A DNA stretch of 64,000 nt, taken from positions 151,838,001-151,902,000 of the forward strand of contig NC_042999.1 of NCBI RefSeq assembly GCF_006345805.1, given 5' to 3'. This stretch comes from Octopus sinensis. Its lineage: Eukaryota. This document shows positions 1 through 13,500 of the stretch, in pieces. Under the pieces are notes generated by a model. It saw only the letters and a program-made list of their open reading frames with translations, was not told the DNA's origin and ran no database searches. Positions within the stretch are counted from its first letter, which is position 1. Each line of letters opens with the position of its first letter. A program made the translations under genes and the position numbers.

Positions 1-659
1 TTGACACACACTTGGTTCTTTAAATAAAACCCAGTAGCCTACCTCAGGGGTCTCTTTATTATTTTCTTTGGTTTTTACCACATTCTCGTATATTATCTGT
101 GCCATACAACTAATTTAGTAGTGCCTGATATACAGTTGTCATACAGTCTGTTGAGAAGTGATACTGTGCAGGTTTGTGCTAAAATAGCTACCAAAATGTA
201 TTATTGCTAAGACATTCAAAGAGGAGAAAGAATTTTAACAGAATATCATTGAAATAGCTGAGGTAGAAATTCCGTACTGTGCCCACATAATATCTTAATT
301 TCCCAAATTCAGTGATTCAAATGAGATTAACCTCTTGGGGGTTCCTATTTAATTCCCTAAATATTATTTATTCTGAGTTGGGTTTCTTTATTTTTATTTT
401 TTTTTGATAATATATTTCCTTTTTTTTTTTTATATCTATAAGTGATAAAGAATGGTAAAATAACATCCTTTTCCTTATGTTAAAAGTATGCACACTTGAT
501 TTTGTTTGTTAAGATAAGCTTGAAAATGTTTCATTTCACTTTCTTCAGACTTCATAGTGAATATTTTTTTTTATCAATATACATGGTCAACATTTAGGGA
601 AATGGGTGTAGTTAGTTGATGGACTTTCTCCAAGTACGCTGCTAATTCTTATTTCACCA

Positions 660-1052
660 ACAGTGGATCAATAAATACTACAGCAAAGACTTCTTTCCGA
701 CAAGAAACTGCAGGTTATGAAACTGGTGCATCAAATAGTACTCGGAAGAAACTTGAGGGTTCTGTGGCCTGCTACTAATGGGAATAGAAAATATAAAGAG
801 TTTGAAAACAAGGTTTGTCAAGCTCTTTATAAAATGACAGGATCTACAGTGGAGAAACTGGGAAAGTTAAGAAGCTCAATGTACCAGGAAAGGAATTGTT
901 TTGTTGGGCACAGTGTGAGGCAACTGTTGTTATCGTTAAGCCTAACTCATCGTAAAGTAAATACCACCATGACCAATATCCAAACTACAGTGGAAAAGGC
1001 TAGCCACTGGATTCAGTTAAAAAGTGACAATGAGCAATGGCTAGAAGAATGA
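660..1052 (+). pseudogene. Possible very old RTE-like LINE ORF2 C-terminal remnant
   Basis: Two frames give GYETGASNSTRKKLEG (like the YGxETWTL..KKLDG motif) and RNCFVGHSVR...LLLS...QW (like the RLRFAGHxxR...W thumb region). Similarity is weak and judged by eye. Confidence 0.25.
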
Positions 1053-1494
1053 TGAACTTTATTTGATAACCAGTGACAGGGGTGCCAGTGCACATTAATG
1101 CTGTTGAGAGGTAGGCCCCCAATACAGCATGCATTCTCTCCTGCTGATCCCATACACTTGCTAGCTTCTGGTATGCAGAGCTCTTGAGTGGCAGCACTTG
1201 CATGTGCAACTTGTTTGCAAAACATCTGAGGGAACACAAAACAGAATTTCCATTCAAATTGAAGAAATTACATACTTTAATGTATGGAATTTAGAGAGTT
1301 GCATGGTGATCTCACTATTGCCAGTGACACAAAAAAAGCACCTGGTACATGCTGTAATGTGGTTGGTGTGAGGAAGGGCATCCAGCCATAGAAACTATGC
1401 CAGACACTGGAGTATGACACCGGAGCAGTCCTTGGATCATTCAGATCTTGTCAAACCATTCGACCTATGCCAGCATGGAACATGCACATTAAAT

Positions 1495-1640
1495 GATGAT
1501 GATGATAGTGGTGATGATGATGGTGGTGATGATGATGGTGGTGATGATGATGATGGTGATGATGATGGTGGTGGTGATGATGATTGTGATGATGCTGATG
1601 GTGGTGATGATGATGGTGGTAATGATGGTGGTGATGATAA
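1495..1640. repeat. (GAT/GGT)n trinucleotide tract at the end of an RTE-type tail
   Basis: Direct; follows the ccatgccagcatgga...attaaatgatgat tail motif that starts near 1330. Confidence 0.95.
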
Positions 1641-2014
1641 CATTAATATATTTAGTCTATTGCTTTGGTCACTCTGATCTTAATATTTTTTAAGTGGCCA
1701 CAACTGAGATGTGTTTTACTAAGTCATACCAGAAATCTCTGTCTTCCATTAGCTTTGGTAGGTCCTCAACTTCTCTGCAAATAACATCAATGTGCAGTCT
1801 TTGTCCTATACTAGTCTGTGCAAGTTTCCAACATATGACATCTGATATAACCTGAGATTCAGCATGATATATTAATTGGCTAGCAAACTCTGCCCTGTAT
1901 TGATCTACAATAATAAAGATGGATGGAATATGTCTATAATCTCTTTGGTCTTGTGTCATGCTCATGCTATGAGATATTTTGAGCCCTCAATAAGTAATGT
2001 CATCCTGTTGAAAG

Positions 2015-2345
2015 TATCATCATCATCGTCATTATCATCATTTATTGTTTGTTTTCCATGCTGGCATGGGTTGGATGGTTTGACAGGAGCTGGCAAGGCT
2101 GGGAGCTGTACCAGGTTCCATTATGTGTATTGGCATGATTTCAGTAGCTGGATGCCCTTCCTAATGCCAGCCACTTTACAGAGTGTGCTGGGTGCTTTGT
2201 ATATGCAGCCAGCACAAGTGCTTTTTACATGGCACGATCACCAGTGCTTTTTATGTGACATCAGTAACAGTGCTTTTAATGTGGCACTAGCACAGACAGG
2301 GTCACCAAGTACCTTGCATGACAAAGCCCCCTCAACTGGCAGGGA
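2015..2345 (-). mobile_element. RTE-type 3' tail fragment
   Basis: catcatc...ttccatgctggcatgggttggatggtttgac...gctggatgcccttcctaatgcc is the reverse complement of the tail at 63760-63920. Confidence 0.8.
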
Positions 2346-2699
2346 GGAGAAGAAAGAGTGGTATTGAATGGATGTAGCTTTGTGTCAGTTAAGAGATTTA
2401 AGATATTGAAGGGAAAGATATAGGGGTCTTGCTTTAGTATTGATACATGGATACCCAAAATTGAAAATAAAGGAGAGTGTGTTAGCAAGTAAGATAAAGA
2501 GAGTGATAGTGAAAGAGATGATGGCGAAAATGTGTCAGGACATGCCCCTCAAGGGACAATGGTGGTGGTGAGAATAGATGAGGTAATATAAAGGCTTTGG
2601 CTGGGTGAGGCCAGGATGAGGTGACTGTAGCAAATGATGGAGATGTATATATGTTACACTGTTTTCTCTTTTTTTGTCAGTGTTTGAAAATGTACAGGC

Positions 2700-2751
2700 A
2701 CACATTCACAGGCACACGTGCACACACACACACGCACACACACACACACAC

Positions 2752-2834
<83 letters not shown>

Positions 2835-3098
2835 CTATGCATGCATAGTTCCATCTGACTGATGCTGTTGTGGAGAAGGAAAAAGCAGATATTAAAATGA
2901 TAATGATACATATGTACATGTACATACATGCATACATAGACACACACACCCATATATATATGTATATACATACATATATACACATGCACCCATATATATA
3001 TTTTTGTGTATACATACATGCATCCATATATGTATGCACACATACACACCCATATACACACATACATGCATATATACATGCATATATACATGCATATA

Positions 3099-3131
<33 letters not shown>

Positions 3132-3150
3132 GTGTGTATAAGTATGTGTA
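2700..3150. repeat. Compound (CA)n / (TACA)n / (TA)n microsatellite
   Basis: Direct; explains the HTHT and VCMY ORFs. Confidence 0.95.
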
Positions 3151-3900
3151 TATAATGTCTATACTTCTATGAATATATTATCTGTGTTTCTCATCTTATC
3201 CTCCCAGTGACCACCTCCTTTGCTCTCTTTCTATTTCTTTCTTACTTGTTCTATCTATCCATCTTTCTGTCTAGATAGATGGATAGGTAGGCAAACAAGC
3301 AAACAAACAGACAGACAGAGGATGGATAAACCTGATAGCTAAAATAGATTATTCTATGCCTCTCTATCATGCATGTATCCTGTCTAACCGACTGTCAACA
3401 TTCCTCTCACCTTTTCTCCCATTCTCTTTTCCAAATCATGTTTATTTTGATGTACCCCCTCCCTTTGTTTTATCATATTTCCCTGCCCTGTCTTGCCCTG
3501 CCCTGCACTGCCCTGCCCATAGCTCACCTATTTCGCTCACAGCATTGTTCCATCTCTGAGCCTGTATGTCAAAAATAAATATTTCATTAGGCAAGATTTC
3601 ATTATGAGTTCTGTTGTAAAAATACTGCTGGCTTACACTGGAGGACTGCAGGGTATATTTGTAGTGTAATCACAATTACCAATGCAAACTGACAAACAGT
3701 ATTGATGCTACAACTCACTGAATCATTTATCCTCACTAGATTCAATATCAATTTTTACTATGTTGACTGGATAAACCTTAGTATAACACTGATGTTGGCA
3801 TTGGAACTTGTATAAAAAAAAACTATTCTCAGTTGCATCTCATCTGTTCAGATAACTTTAAGAATTTTTTGTCTTTTATTTTCCTGGTTTATTCTTATAT

Positions 3901-4305
3901 TCTTTTACTCGTTTCAGTCATCAGAATCATTTATCTTCACTAGATTCAGTATCAGTTGTTGAACTGTGGCCATGCTTGAGCATCACCTTTAATAGTTCAG
4001 TCAAGCAAATCAGGCCCAGTACTATTTTTTTTAAAGCCTGGTATTTATTCTATCGGTCTCTTTTACCTAACTGCTAAGTTACAGGGATGTAAACAAAACA
4101 ACATCAGTTATGAAGCAATGGGTGGACAAACACAAAGATACCTATGTGCGTGCACGCAAACACACGCATACATACACATATACACACAACAGGCTTCCAC
4201 ACAGTTTCTGCCTACCAAATTCACTGGCCTGAGGCAAGAGTAGAACACACTTACCCAAAATATCACCCTGGGACTGAACCTGAAACCACACAGCCAAGCC
4301 TGTGC
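3901..4305 (-). mobile_element. tRNA-derived SINE, family A
   Basis: Reverse complement of the copy at 59630-60080; B-box-like gggactgaacc near 4270 and tail tcttttactcgtttcagtca. Confidence 0.8.
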
Positions 4306-4984
4306 TTATGCTTACTTTTTCGGTTCTGTTTTGTTTTGTATGCATAAAATATGTTTTGAAGGACCAGCCACATAAGGATCATTTGATCTTGATTTTGTTG
4401 ACCCTTCTTTCAGAACCAAACACACACACACACACACACACACACAAGTTTGACCTCTGTGGTATGGTATTTGACCTCAGAAATGGGTACTGTTACCCAT
4501 CTAACTGAGTTTTTGTATTGTCAGGGCCATATAATCACCCCCAACTTAATACAGCGGTTACCAAACAATTTAGACATGGAACCCTCGTGCAATTTTTCAA
4601 AAATCACAGAGCCTCTGCCTATAGAAAAGCCACCTACCAATACCACTCTAATTTTTGTAAGACATTTCAGAAACAAAAATTGCTTTAGTACATGAAGTTT
4701 TGTCAGTGAACAGGTTGTGGTTTCAAAGCAATGAAAATATTTTGACACAAATTAAATTTAAATGTCGAAGTGAATCTAGCAGTTTGTGTGTGTGTGTGTG
4801 TGTGTTCTTAAATGGCCTATAAACATCTTCCACGCTACATATAAATTTATTGTTGTGAAAATAGCAAATAGCATCTGTTTAATAAAATACATTTTTATAA
4901 AGTTTTATTAAAAGACGTGTTATCTTGCAGAATCCCAGAATTTTTCTCAGAATCTTGGAGTTCCTTGGAGAAAAACTGCCTTAA

Positions 4985-5417
4985 CCCTTTTGGTAGCATT
5001 ACACCTGAGACTGCTCCTGGTTCTATGATACAAACTCCCTATTTTAAAGTGATATAAATCAAAATCTTTCATCAAAATTTATGTCCAAAACACCAACTTT
5101 ATAACTATTTCAAAATTTTGCCACAAGGGCTGCTTGGAAGAGGTGGGGACAAGTTGATTACATTGACTGGTACTTATTTTATTGACCCTGAAAGGATGAA
5201 AGGCAAAGTCAACCTCAGTGGAATTTGAACTTGGAACATAGCAATGGGCGAAATACTATTAAGCATTTCATCCAGCGTGCTAACAATCCTGCCAGCTCAC
5301 TGCCTTAAACACGAACTTAATAATGACAAATTTATTATACTAAATTCTTCATTATTTTCAAAATTAATTAATGAAGAAAAGCAGTATATTTTGACAAAAA
5401 ATATGCTAACTAAAGGT
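4985..5417. mobile_element. piggyBac-type MITE interrupted by a family B SINE (about 5128-5312, minus strand)
   Basis: TTAA|CCCTTTTGGTAGC at the left end, GCTAACTAAAGGT|TTAA at the right; inner segment matches the SINE at 31845-32075 in reverse. Confidence 0.6.
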
Positions 5418-6059
5418 TTAATGTGACAAAATTATTTATGGGAAAAATTATTTTTATGTCTTCATTAAAATCATTACTTTTTTCTCTTCATGGTGCAGTA
5501 TTAATCAAACAATAACAGTTATATACTGGGGATAATTCAGTCCACTTTATGACCCAACTCTTCACTCAGTAAAAATTGACCTTGTGAAAGAAAAATCAGG
5601 AGATATCATTCTACCTCTTATTTTGCAGAAAATTCCTTTTGAGTGAAATGGTTCTGTATATGAATATATATATATTTGATGATTTAATGTGAAGAAATGT
5701 TCATAAAATTAATGAACTGGAGCAAAATACATGTCTTTACATATTTTACATTCAAATATTTAGACAGAAGCATGTTTGATGTGAAGCTTTAAATGTACAT
5801 CATTCGTTTATTTTTCCATGAATCACCATCGTTATCAACAACAAAAACAATGCTAGCAGCATCATGTTCTTTTTAATGTTGTCTTTTCATGTTGTCATAA
5901 ATTGTATAGATTCTGTTTGTTTCTCTGTTTCTCTCACTTTCACTGACTCTTCCTCTCTCTCTCATGCAGTGATTTGAATGTAAGGTCATTTCCTTTGTCA
6001 AGATCTATTCCTTAACCCTGTTGTTACTGTATTTCTTATTGAAATACACAGCCCTTGTT

Positions 6060-6115
6060 TTAACTAACTTTGAAAATAAGGAGGAATTTAACTAACTTTG
6101 AAAATAAGGAGGAAT
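6060..6115. repeat. Perfect 28-bp tandem duplication in a piggyBac-type MITE end
   Basis: ttaactaactttgaaaataaggaggaat x2. Confidence 0.9.
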
Positions 6116-7979
6116 CAAGGCCCAATGATGAGCCCTCCATAGGAGCTAGTAGTTAATAAATGTACTGCTATGGGAGCCTCTCCAAGTTTTCTCAACTTGC
6201 TAGAAATAAAGCAAATTTCCTTCAGATCACATCCTACTATCTTAAAATGAAAGGACCCATTGGGCAATAAAGGTTAGATATACGAGCACCTTTGATTATG
6301 TGTCTGTTCATTCATAGCTTTGATCATGGCTGACGTGGGCTAAGCAACAACGACTGCAAATCTACATAAGCTACAGAATAAAGGAAAGATCTCCAAATGA
6401 TCACTTGACTGGCTAGTGATGGCAGCCAGCTGTCCCTCATATCATACCCTATCTTCTTGAACAGTGCTAGATACAGTACATCTGAAAATAAGATTGGATA
6501 GCATGGATGGTATACTTGATCATCTAGAGTTAATCTGGAGATAAACAGCAACCACAACAAATCCACTGCTTACAAATCCAAAACTGAAATCTGCTCTGGT
6601 TTCTCTCTAGTCATTTAGCCTGATGAAACAAAGAACTCACTGAAGCTAGGACAGGTAAGATAGTGCTAGGGTATGAGTGTGTTTCAAGTATTGTTGTTGA
6701 CTGGATACTTTTATGTAGTATATTGGTAGCCAATGTCCTCAAGCTTGAAAGTACTGGCACTTCTGATGTGCCTTACACAGAATTACAATGCATTATGAAA
6801 CCTGGAACTAAGAACTAAAACCTGAAATGATGGAAAAAAATACAAATTATTTTTTGCTTCTTCTGTTTTCTTCCATCATCACTTTTTCTTTAACACAGAT
6901 ATCACTAAATACCTTTGACTCTCAACTAACATTTTTTGAGAACTTAACCTATTTTTTCCTGTGGATGTATTCATCTCATTTAACTTCCAAGCTTTACTGT
7001 GGCCTTCCAACTGACAAAGGTTTCCAGGTTCAAGATTTTAAAAGAATTTTTAATTTTCCCAATGTGCAAAATACAAAAATCAAGTGAACAAAAAGAAAAA
7101 GTATATATGAAACAATGCATGCATACAGTTATGGAATAAAGACACACTCAGAACAGAAATTAATCAATGTGGGTGGTCGCCATGACAGTGAATGGTGTGT
7201 TCCACAGAAATGAACGTGATGCTTTTATTTTATGAACACCATAAAGATCTAAAAGTAGATTAAAAACGAGGAACCTTGGTTAAAATGAAAGCGAATCATT
7301 GTATTAACATTATGCAAATCTATAACAATTCAGAATTTAATGCTTGACTTTCTATTTGAGATTTTCAGTGTCGAATCCATTTAAAAATTTATATTTTTGG
7401 AAAATTTTATAAGTGAAGCAATTCATATTTTACTGCTCTGCAATCTTTCACTCACATATAGAACATTTAGTGCCATATTATATTATATTAGCTTTGCACA
7501 GAGATTATATCAATGCCAATAAGGGTTATCCAAGGCGTGGTTATTGCCAGTTGAAAAAAAAAAATTTTTACTATATTGTATATATTAGGTATCTTAATAA
7601 TATTTAATGTTACCTGGTTATGAGAATAGTTCTGATTTTTCTGGTAATGTCAGTTGCAACAAATGTTTTAAAATTAATTTCAGGAAGTAGAAGAAAAAAA
7701 AGTCAGTGACTATGACTGACCTTTGTAGATTTTCTCAGACTGGTGAAATTGAGGCAAGTGCATCCAGTAGTCAAGAGTTGAGGTTTTATACTAATCAGAA
7801 GATTGGACACCATTATAGTAGTGGTAAACGAGAGACAGTGAGAAAGAATCAGTGTGCTTGTATACCACTGCTTGCAGCATGTTGGTGAGTGAGTATTAAT
7901 CAGTCAAGTGTTACTTGTTACTTATATATCCAGACCACTCAGCTGGCAAAAATGAGTAATGTATGTATATAAATATATA

Positions 7980-8113
7980 CCAGCTGAGTGGTCTGGAGCA
8001 ATGTGAAATGAAATGTTTTGCTCAAGAACACAATGCGTCGCCCAGTCCAGGAATTGAAACCACAATCTTACAATCATGAGTCCAATACCCTAACCACTAA
8101 GCCATGTACCTCC
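7980..8113 (-). mobile_element. tRNA-derived SINE head, family C
   Basis: Reverse strand reads tggcttagtggttagg (A box), ggtttcaattcc (B box), then gtgttcttgagcaa core as at 27462. Confidence 0.75.
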
Positions 8114-8579
8114 CTTACTGGTGATTCCATATATTTCATGTGCTATTGCTCTCAGTAAAGCAACAGCTGTGACAGAAGGAGGTGTGTGCCCAACTTCATA
8201 ATTAAACTTAAGTATTTAGCCCTCATGTTATTTAAAAATTCTCAAAACCATCTCAAAGATACAGTATAAACTATTTTCTCAAATTATGAAAATGTACCAC
8301 CAGAAGTGCATATGGCAGTTGTGTGAAGTTTGTAATGAACCACTGGTGGTACATGTGGCAGTTAATGTGTTAAGATATTTTGGTATGTGTAGCAGCAGTA
8401 CTGTACTAGATATATATGAAATGGACTTCATAGTAGATTGCTCTTGCACTTTTAGAAGATCAAAAACTAATTGGAGGTGACGTATTCTATGGATCTGAAA
8501 AGGAAACTTTGCCTTTGAGATGCTATTTCTTGGCCATAGATTGTGCTATAAATTAAATCTTTATAGCATAGGTTTGTGT

Positions 8580-8900
8580 GTTGTTTATGTAAAGAGAGGG
8601 TGTGGTGCAATGATGAAGACATTGTGATATTGAAGGAGACAAAATTGTGATGTTTTCATTCATATAATCAAGTGCATGGCATATCTGGGCTTGAGGTGTT
8701 GTGTGGATGATGCTCATGTGCAGAATTTTAAAAGGCAAAAGGTGATAACACATCTGTAAAAGTAAATATGGTTAGAAGTAACACCAAGTAGATCATTTAA
8801 GATATGTGTGGAAGACATAGCTAGATGTGTGAATACCAAGGGATAGAATATGTGTTGGAGTGATCTCTGCTATGGAGCAGTATGATGGAAACCTTCTAAT
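8580..8900 (+). pseudogene. Possible decayed LINE AP-endonuclease remnant
   Basis: Frame reads CNDEDIVILKETKL (like the DIxxLQETK motif) ...ISGLEV...KAKG, with many stops. Confidence 0.3.
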
Positions 8901-10487
8901 CTAACAGATGAGATAAGGCCAGAGCTAGTAGATGGGAAAAATCATTATCCATTATCGTTAGCCATCTGTTTAGGAAGTCCATGGTGTGTTAGTATATGAT
9001 GCAATTACTAATATACTTTATAACAAATATTCTACATTGATGTGACCCTGAAACGAAAATAATAAAACATCTAACAGAAAGTTGGCTACAAGAATGCTGT
9101 CAGAATTAAATATTTTGTGCACTCTTTGGATCAAAAAAACACACAAAAAAATAAATAAATAACTAAGAAAATGACAGTAAATGACTGGTTAAATGTAAAG
9201 CAGTACCTTGTGGAAAACCAATTCATATAATCAAATAAACATTGTTTGGTGAGTTATAAAGCTAAATAAAGTTTTATAACGTTATGTTTCGTGACAAAGT
9301 TTTAGAACAGTGTAGTTCACCAAAGGTGTGCAATATATAAAAATAACAATAATTTATAAACTAAATAACAATTTAAAGACTTCAGGGATAATAAATATTC
9401 TTTCTTCTACAGATAGTAAATAACGATATTAAGTACACAGTAAAGTATATATGAATGCTTTAAACAAAAACAATTTGAAGAGTATTTAAACATAACAAGA
9501 TACACTGAAATATCGAAGTCAAGTTATATATGAAATATCAACATGTTATTGTTACTGCTTAACCCTAGATTGGCTCTGATCAAGCAGGTCTTTGATCACA
9601 ATCATTTCCACAAGAGCGTGACCATCCCACATTTTTCTTTTTTCTATTCTACATTATGTAATGTGACCTTCCTTTATTAAGACAATTCTTTGGGGGAAAT
9701 TTAGTTGTCATCTCTTGTAAGTCAAAGCAACCTTGTTGAAGCTTTCTTGTTGGCTTGTATTTCACATAACAGGTTGTATTTGGTTAGTTCTGTAACTGAA
9801 GATATTTATATGAATTACTGGAAGAAGCTAGGACTGAAATATTAAAAATGAAACATTTCTTTAGTATATAGGAAAACACAGATGTACATAGCAAGAAGAA
9901 ATAGGAATGTGAATTTGATGTTTTTTCCATAAGTATTATCAGCATAATACTTAATGTATAAAACTCTATCTAAAACTTACAGCATAATACTATCAACATA
10001 AAAATATTAATCGTATAATACTTAAGACACTATATCCTCCAAAATTCCATGCTTTCCCAAATTCACCAACATTACTCCTGATGTACCTATACATCTTTTT
10101 TTCTTTGTGCTTCTTTCACTGTTCACTTTCTTTTTTTTTTCTGTGTTTATTCTGTGTACTGTGCAAGTACATTTAGCTTCCATTGCTGTCTTTCTTTATG
10201 TGACTTATTATTGTTTTCTATCTCGTCAACTAACCTTTTCCCAACAAGTCGTTGTGCACCTGAGCACTGTATACCTGTACACAATCAGCCCATTATTTGG
10301 CAGAATTACTGGTATGTCAGAAAAGTGGATTAGTAGTATTTCTTCTGGCTCTTTAGGTTCTGAGTTCAAATGCTACCAAGATCAACTTTACCTTTCATCT
10401 TTCTGGTATTTATAAAATAAAGTACCAGGAGTTGATGCAATCGATTAACTCACAAAAAAAAAAAAAATGCTGGCCTTTTTATTCTTT

Positions 10488-10659
10488 TACTTGTTTCTGT
10501 CGTTAGACCATGGCCATGCTGGAGCACTGCCTTGAAAAACTTTAGTTGACTAAATTGACTCCAGTGCTTATTTTTAAAAGCCTGCTGTTTATTCTATCAG
10601 TCTCTTTTTCCAAACTGCTAAGTTATGGGAACATAAGCACACCAACACCAGTGGTGGAG

Positions 10660-10697
<38 letters not shown>

Positions 10698-10870
10698 TAT
10701 ACATATACATATGATGGACTTCTTTCAGTTTCCTTCTACCAAATCCACTCACAAGACTTTGGCCAGCCTGAAGCTATAGTAGAAGATACTTGCCCAAGGT
10801 GCTATGCAATGGGACTGAACCCAGAACCATGTGATTGAGAAACGAACTTCTTACCACACAGCCACACCTA
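10488..10870 (-). mobile_element. tRNA-derived SINE, family A
   Basis: Full reverse match to 59630-60080, including the internal (CA)n tract. Confidence 0.85.
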
Positions 10871-11279
10871 CACCATGTAAAATGTGAAATAATTATTAAT
10901 GGTTCTAAGGTTTGAAACCAGGTCACCATTTCACTTCACCAACATTTTCAATTTCTTCTGGCTATTCAGTCACTCTGAAATAAATAATTACCTTATTGAC
11001 CTTTGCAATAATTTCTCAGGGAAATGTCCTAGTCACTGCAAGTTAAATTTTCTGATCTGTCGCGCTTGACCTAAAGTATTTGGTGGGCTGTTGACTTGGA
11101 ATTCTGCTTCTAACAGGAAGTGTTTTTTTTTTTGTTTTTGTTTCTGTTTTCCCTACCATTCACATCCACAGTTTATTTACCCACTCCTTCCTATAAAAGA
11201 CTTTCATTAAAACATATGTACCTCCCCACTTAATATATATATTACACTTAATGTACATTACATGTGAAAATCACACATG

Positions 11280-11314
11280 TGTGTATATCTGTGTGTGTGT
11301 TTGTGTGTGTGTTT

Positions 11315-11365
<51 letters not shown>

Positions 11366-11400
11366 TGTGTGTGTGTGTGTGGTGTGTGTGTGTGTGTGTG
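11280..11400. repeat. (GT)n microsatellite
   Basis: Direct. Confidence 0.95.
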
Positions 11401-11535
11401 CATATATAAATATAGATATGAATACGAATATATACACTCAAAGATATATATGCAAATCAAATATACAAAGACCGAATTAATACATATATTATTTACCTTT
11501 CTGTATTCATGATCTAGTTCGTGACACTTTCATAG

Positions 11536-11568
<33 letters not shown>

Positions 11569-11734
11569 CTACAGGGTGTTCAATGAATAAGGCTGCATTT
11601 ATCATATTTAATATCTAAAATGCCTTATCTTTGAATGACTGAACTCCACTGTGCGTATGTATTGACTTTTTGGTTCATCTGTTTGTTCAAAGCTCACACA
11701 CCTCTCTGTCTCTCTGAATCTGTAGATACAAGCA

Positions 11735-11890
11735 CAGTTCTGTATTAAGAAGTTTGCATCCTGCCCATATGGTTTTGGATTCAGTTCCACACTGTGACAT
11801 CTTGGGCAAATGTCTTCTACTTTAGCCCCAGGCCAACCAAAGCCTTGTGAGTAGATTTGGTTGATGAAAACTGAAAGAAGCCCATTGTAT
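11735..11890 (+). mobile_element. tRNA-derived SINE, family A, 5' half
   Basis: gattcagttccacactgtgacatcttgggcaaatgtcttctac...gatttggttgatgaaaactgaaagaagccc. Confidence 0.75.
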
Positions 11891-12301
11891 GTCTGTGTAT
11901 GTTACTGTTTTCTGTCTTTGACATCACATGTCATTGTCACTGTCTTGCAAGTGATGTCCCTTGTTTCCAATCTTCTGGGACATGTCTGATCATGGGGAAA
12001 CACTACCTGTTTCGAAACAGGTGAGGGTTAGTGACAGGATGGGCATCTGCCTCAACAAATTCCATTCGATCCAAGTAAGTATGGAAAAGTAGATGTTAAA
12101 TGATGACATATGTATTCTTTTATTCTTTTACTTGTTTCAGTCATTTGACTGCAGCCATGCTGGAACACTGCCTTTAGTTAAACAAATCGACCCCCAGGAC
12201 TTAGTCTATCAGTCTGTTTTGTCGAACCACTAAGTTACAGGGATGTAAACACACCCGCATCAGCTATCAAGCAATGGTGGGGGATAAACACAGACACACA
12301 C

Positions 12302-12335
<34 letters not shown>

Positions 12336-12505
12336 ATGTGTGTGTGTGTGTGTGTGTTAGAAGAAATAAGGTACTCAGAAATCTGGATGGTTTTATATTT
12401 ACAGATTTTTATTAATATGTCACGTGTTTTTATAAATCATATATTAAGGCTTGCCCCTACTCTAGTAGACTCTCCAGATTCAAGACTTTTTACTGTTGTC
12501 TTGAA

Positions 12506-12539
<34 letters not shown>

Positions 12540-13149
12540 AGAGTGAGAGAGAGAGAGAGAGCTAGACAAATAGATAGAGATATATATAGATACTGATATA
12601 CAAATATACATATATATGCATATATAAATTTATGAGAGAGAGAAATGTACACACACATCACATCTGCACGCACACATGTACACACACGCATGTATAAATA
12701 TGCATATAATCATTTCTCATTTAGTACCTAAACTTCACCCCATCACTACTCCAACTTGGCTCTTCCTTTCACGTTTGTCAAGGTAAGAGGAAACTTTTTA
12801 GTAACAGAGTAGATGGAAAATAAATTATCGTAGGTGTTTCCCCAAATTATTTTCGCTTATGTGTTTGTTACACCAGCTGGCTGTTCCAGTTCCACACATA
12901 GAACTGAACTGACACCCATACACAGTTCACGGACACACCCAGAAGCTGTGCCCTTCCTTAGACTTCCTCATTCCTCTCTACATTCTCTGTGTTAAATACT
13001 GCACTTATATATTTTTTCTTCATATTCATCAACTTGTTATTATGAATTGCACTAGAAGATATATTTAATAAATAGATAAATATATAATTGTGTTAATTAC
13101 ATTGGTCTACTTAAAAAATTGGGTTAAAAAAGAAGTATATATATATATA

Positions 13150-13500
13150 TCATCTTCATCATCATCGTCATTTAACGCCTGCTTTCCATACTGGCATGGG
13201 TTAGATGGCTTGACTGAGGGCTGGCAAGCCAGGAGGCTGCACCAGGCTCCAGTCTGATTTGGCAAGGTTTCTACAGCTGGGTGCCCTTCCTAACACCAAC
13301 CACTCTGAGAGTGTAGTAGGTGCTTTTTATGTGTCATTGGCATGGGAGCCAGTCAGGTAGTACTGGCATCGGCCAGGCTCAAATGGTGCTTTCTGTGTGC
13401 CACTGGCATGAGTGCCAATCAGGTGGCACTGGCATCGATCATGCTCGAATGGTGCTCTTTATGTGCCAGTCAGGTGGCACTGGCATTGGCCATGCTCAAA
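13150..13500 (-). mobile_element. RTE-type 3' tail with about three 60-66 bp VNTR units
   Basis: Tail motif plus repeated ggtgcttttt(a)tgtgcca...ggcat units. Confidence 0.8.

Noticed and set aside
6620-6640. ctgatgaaac and other isolated CTGANGA hits (542, 28411, 35685, 50611)
   Set aside because: No paired stem II with a correctly placed GAAA and cleavage triplet.
11571-11700. Second Tc1/mariner MITE
   Set aside because: Only one TIR (tacagggtgttcaa) was found, with no matching right end.
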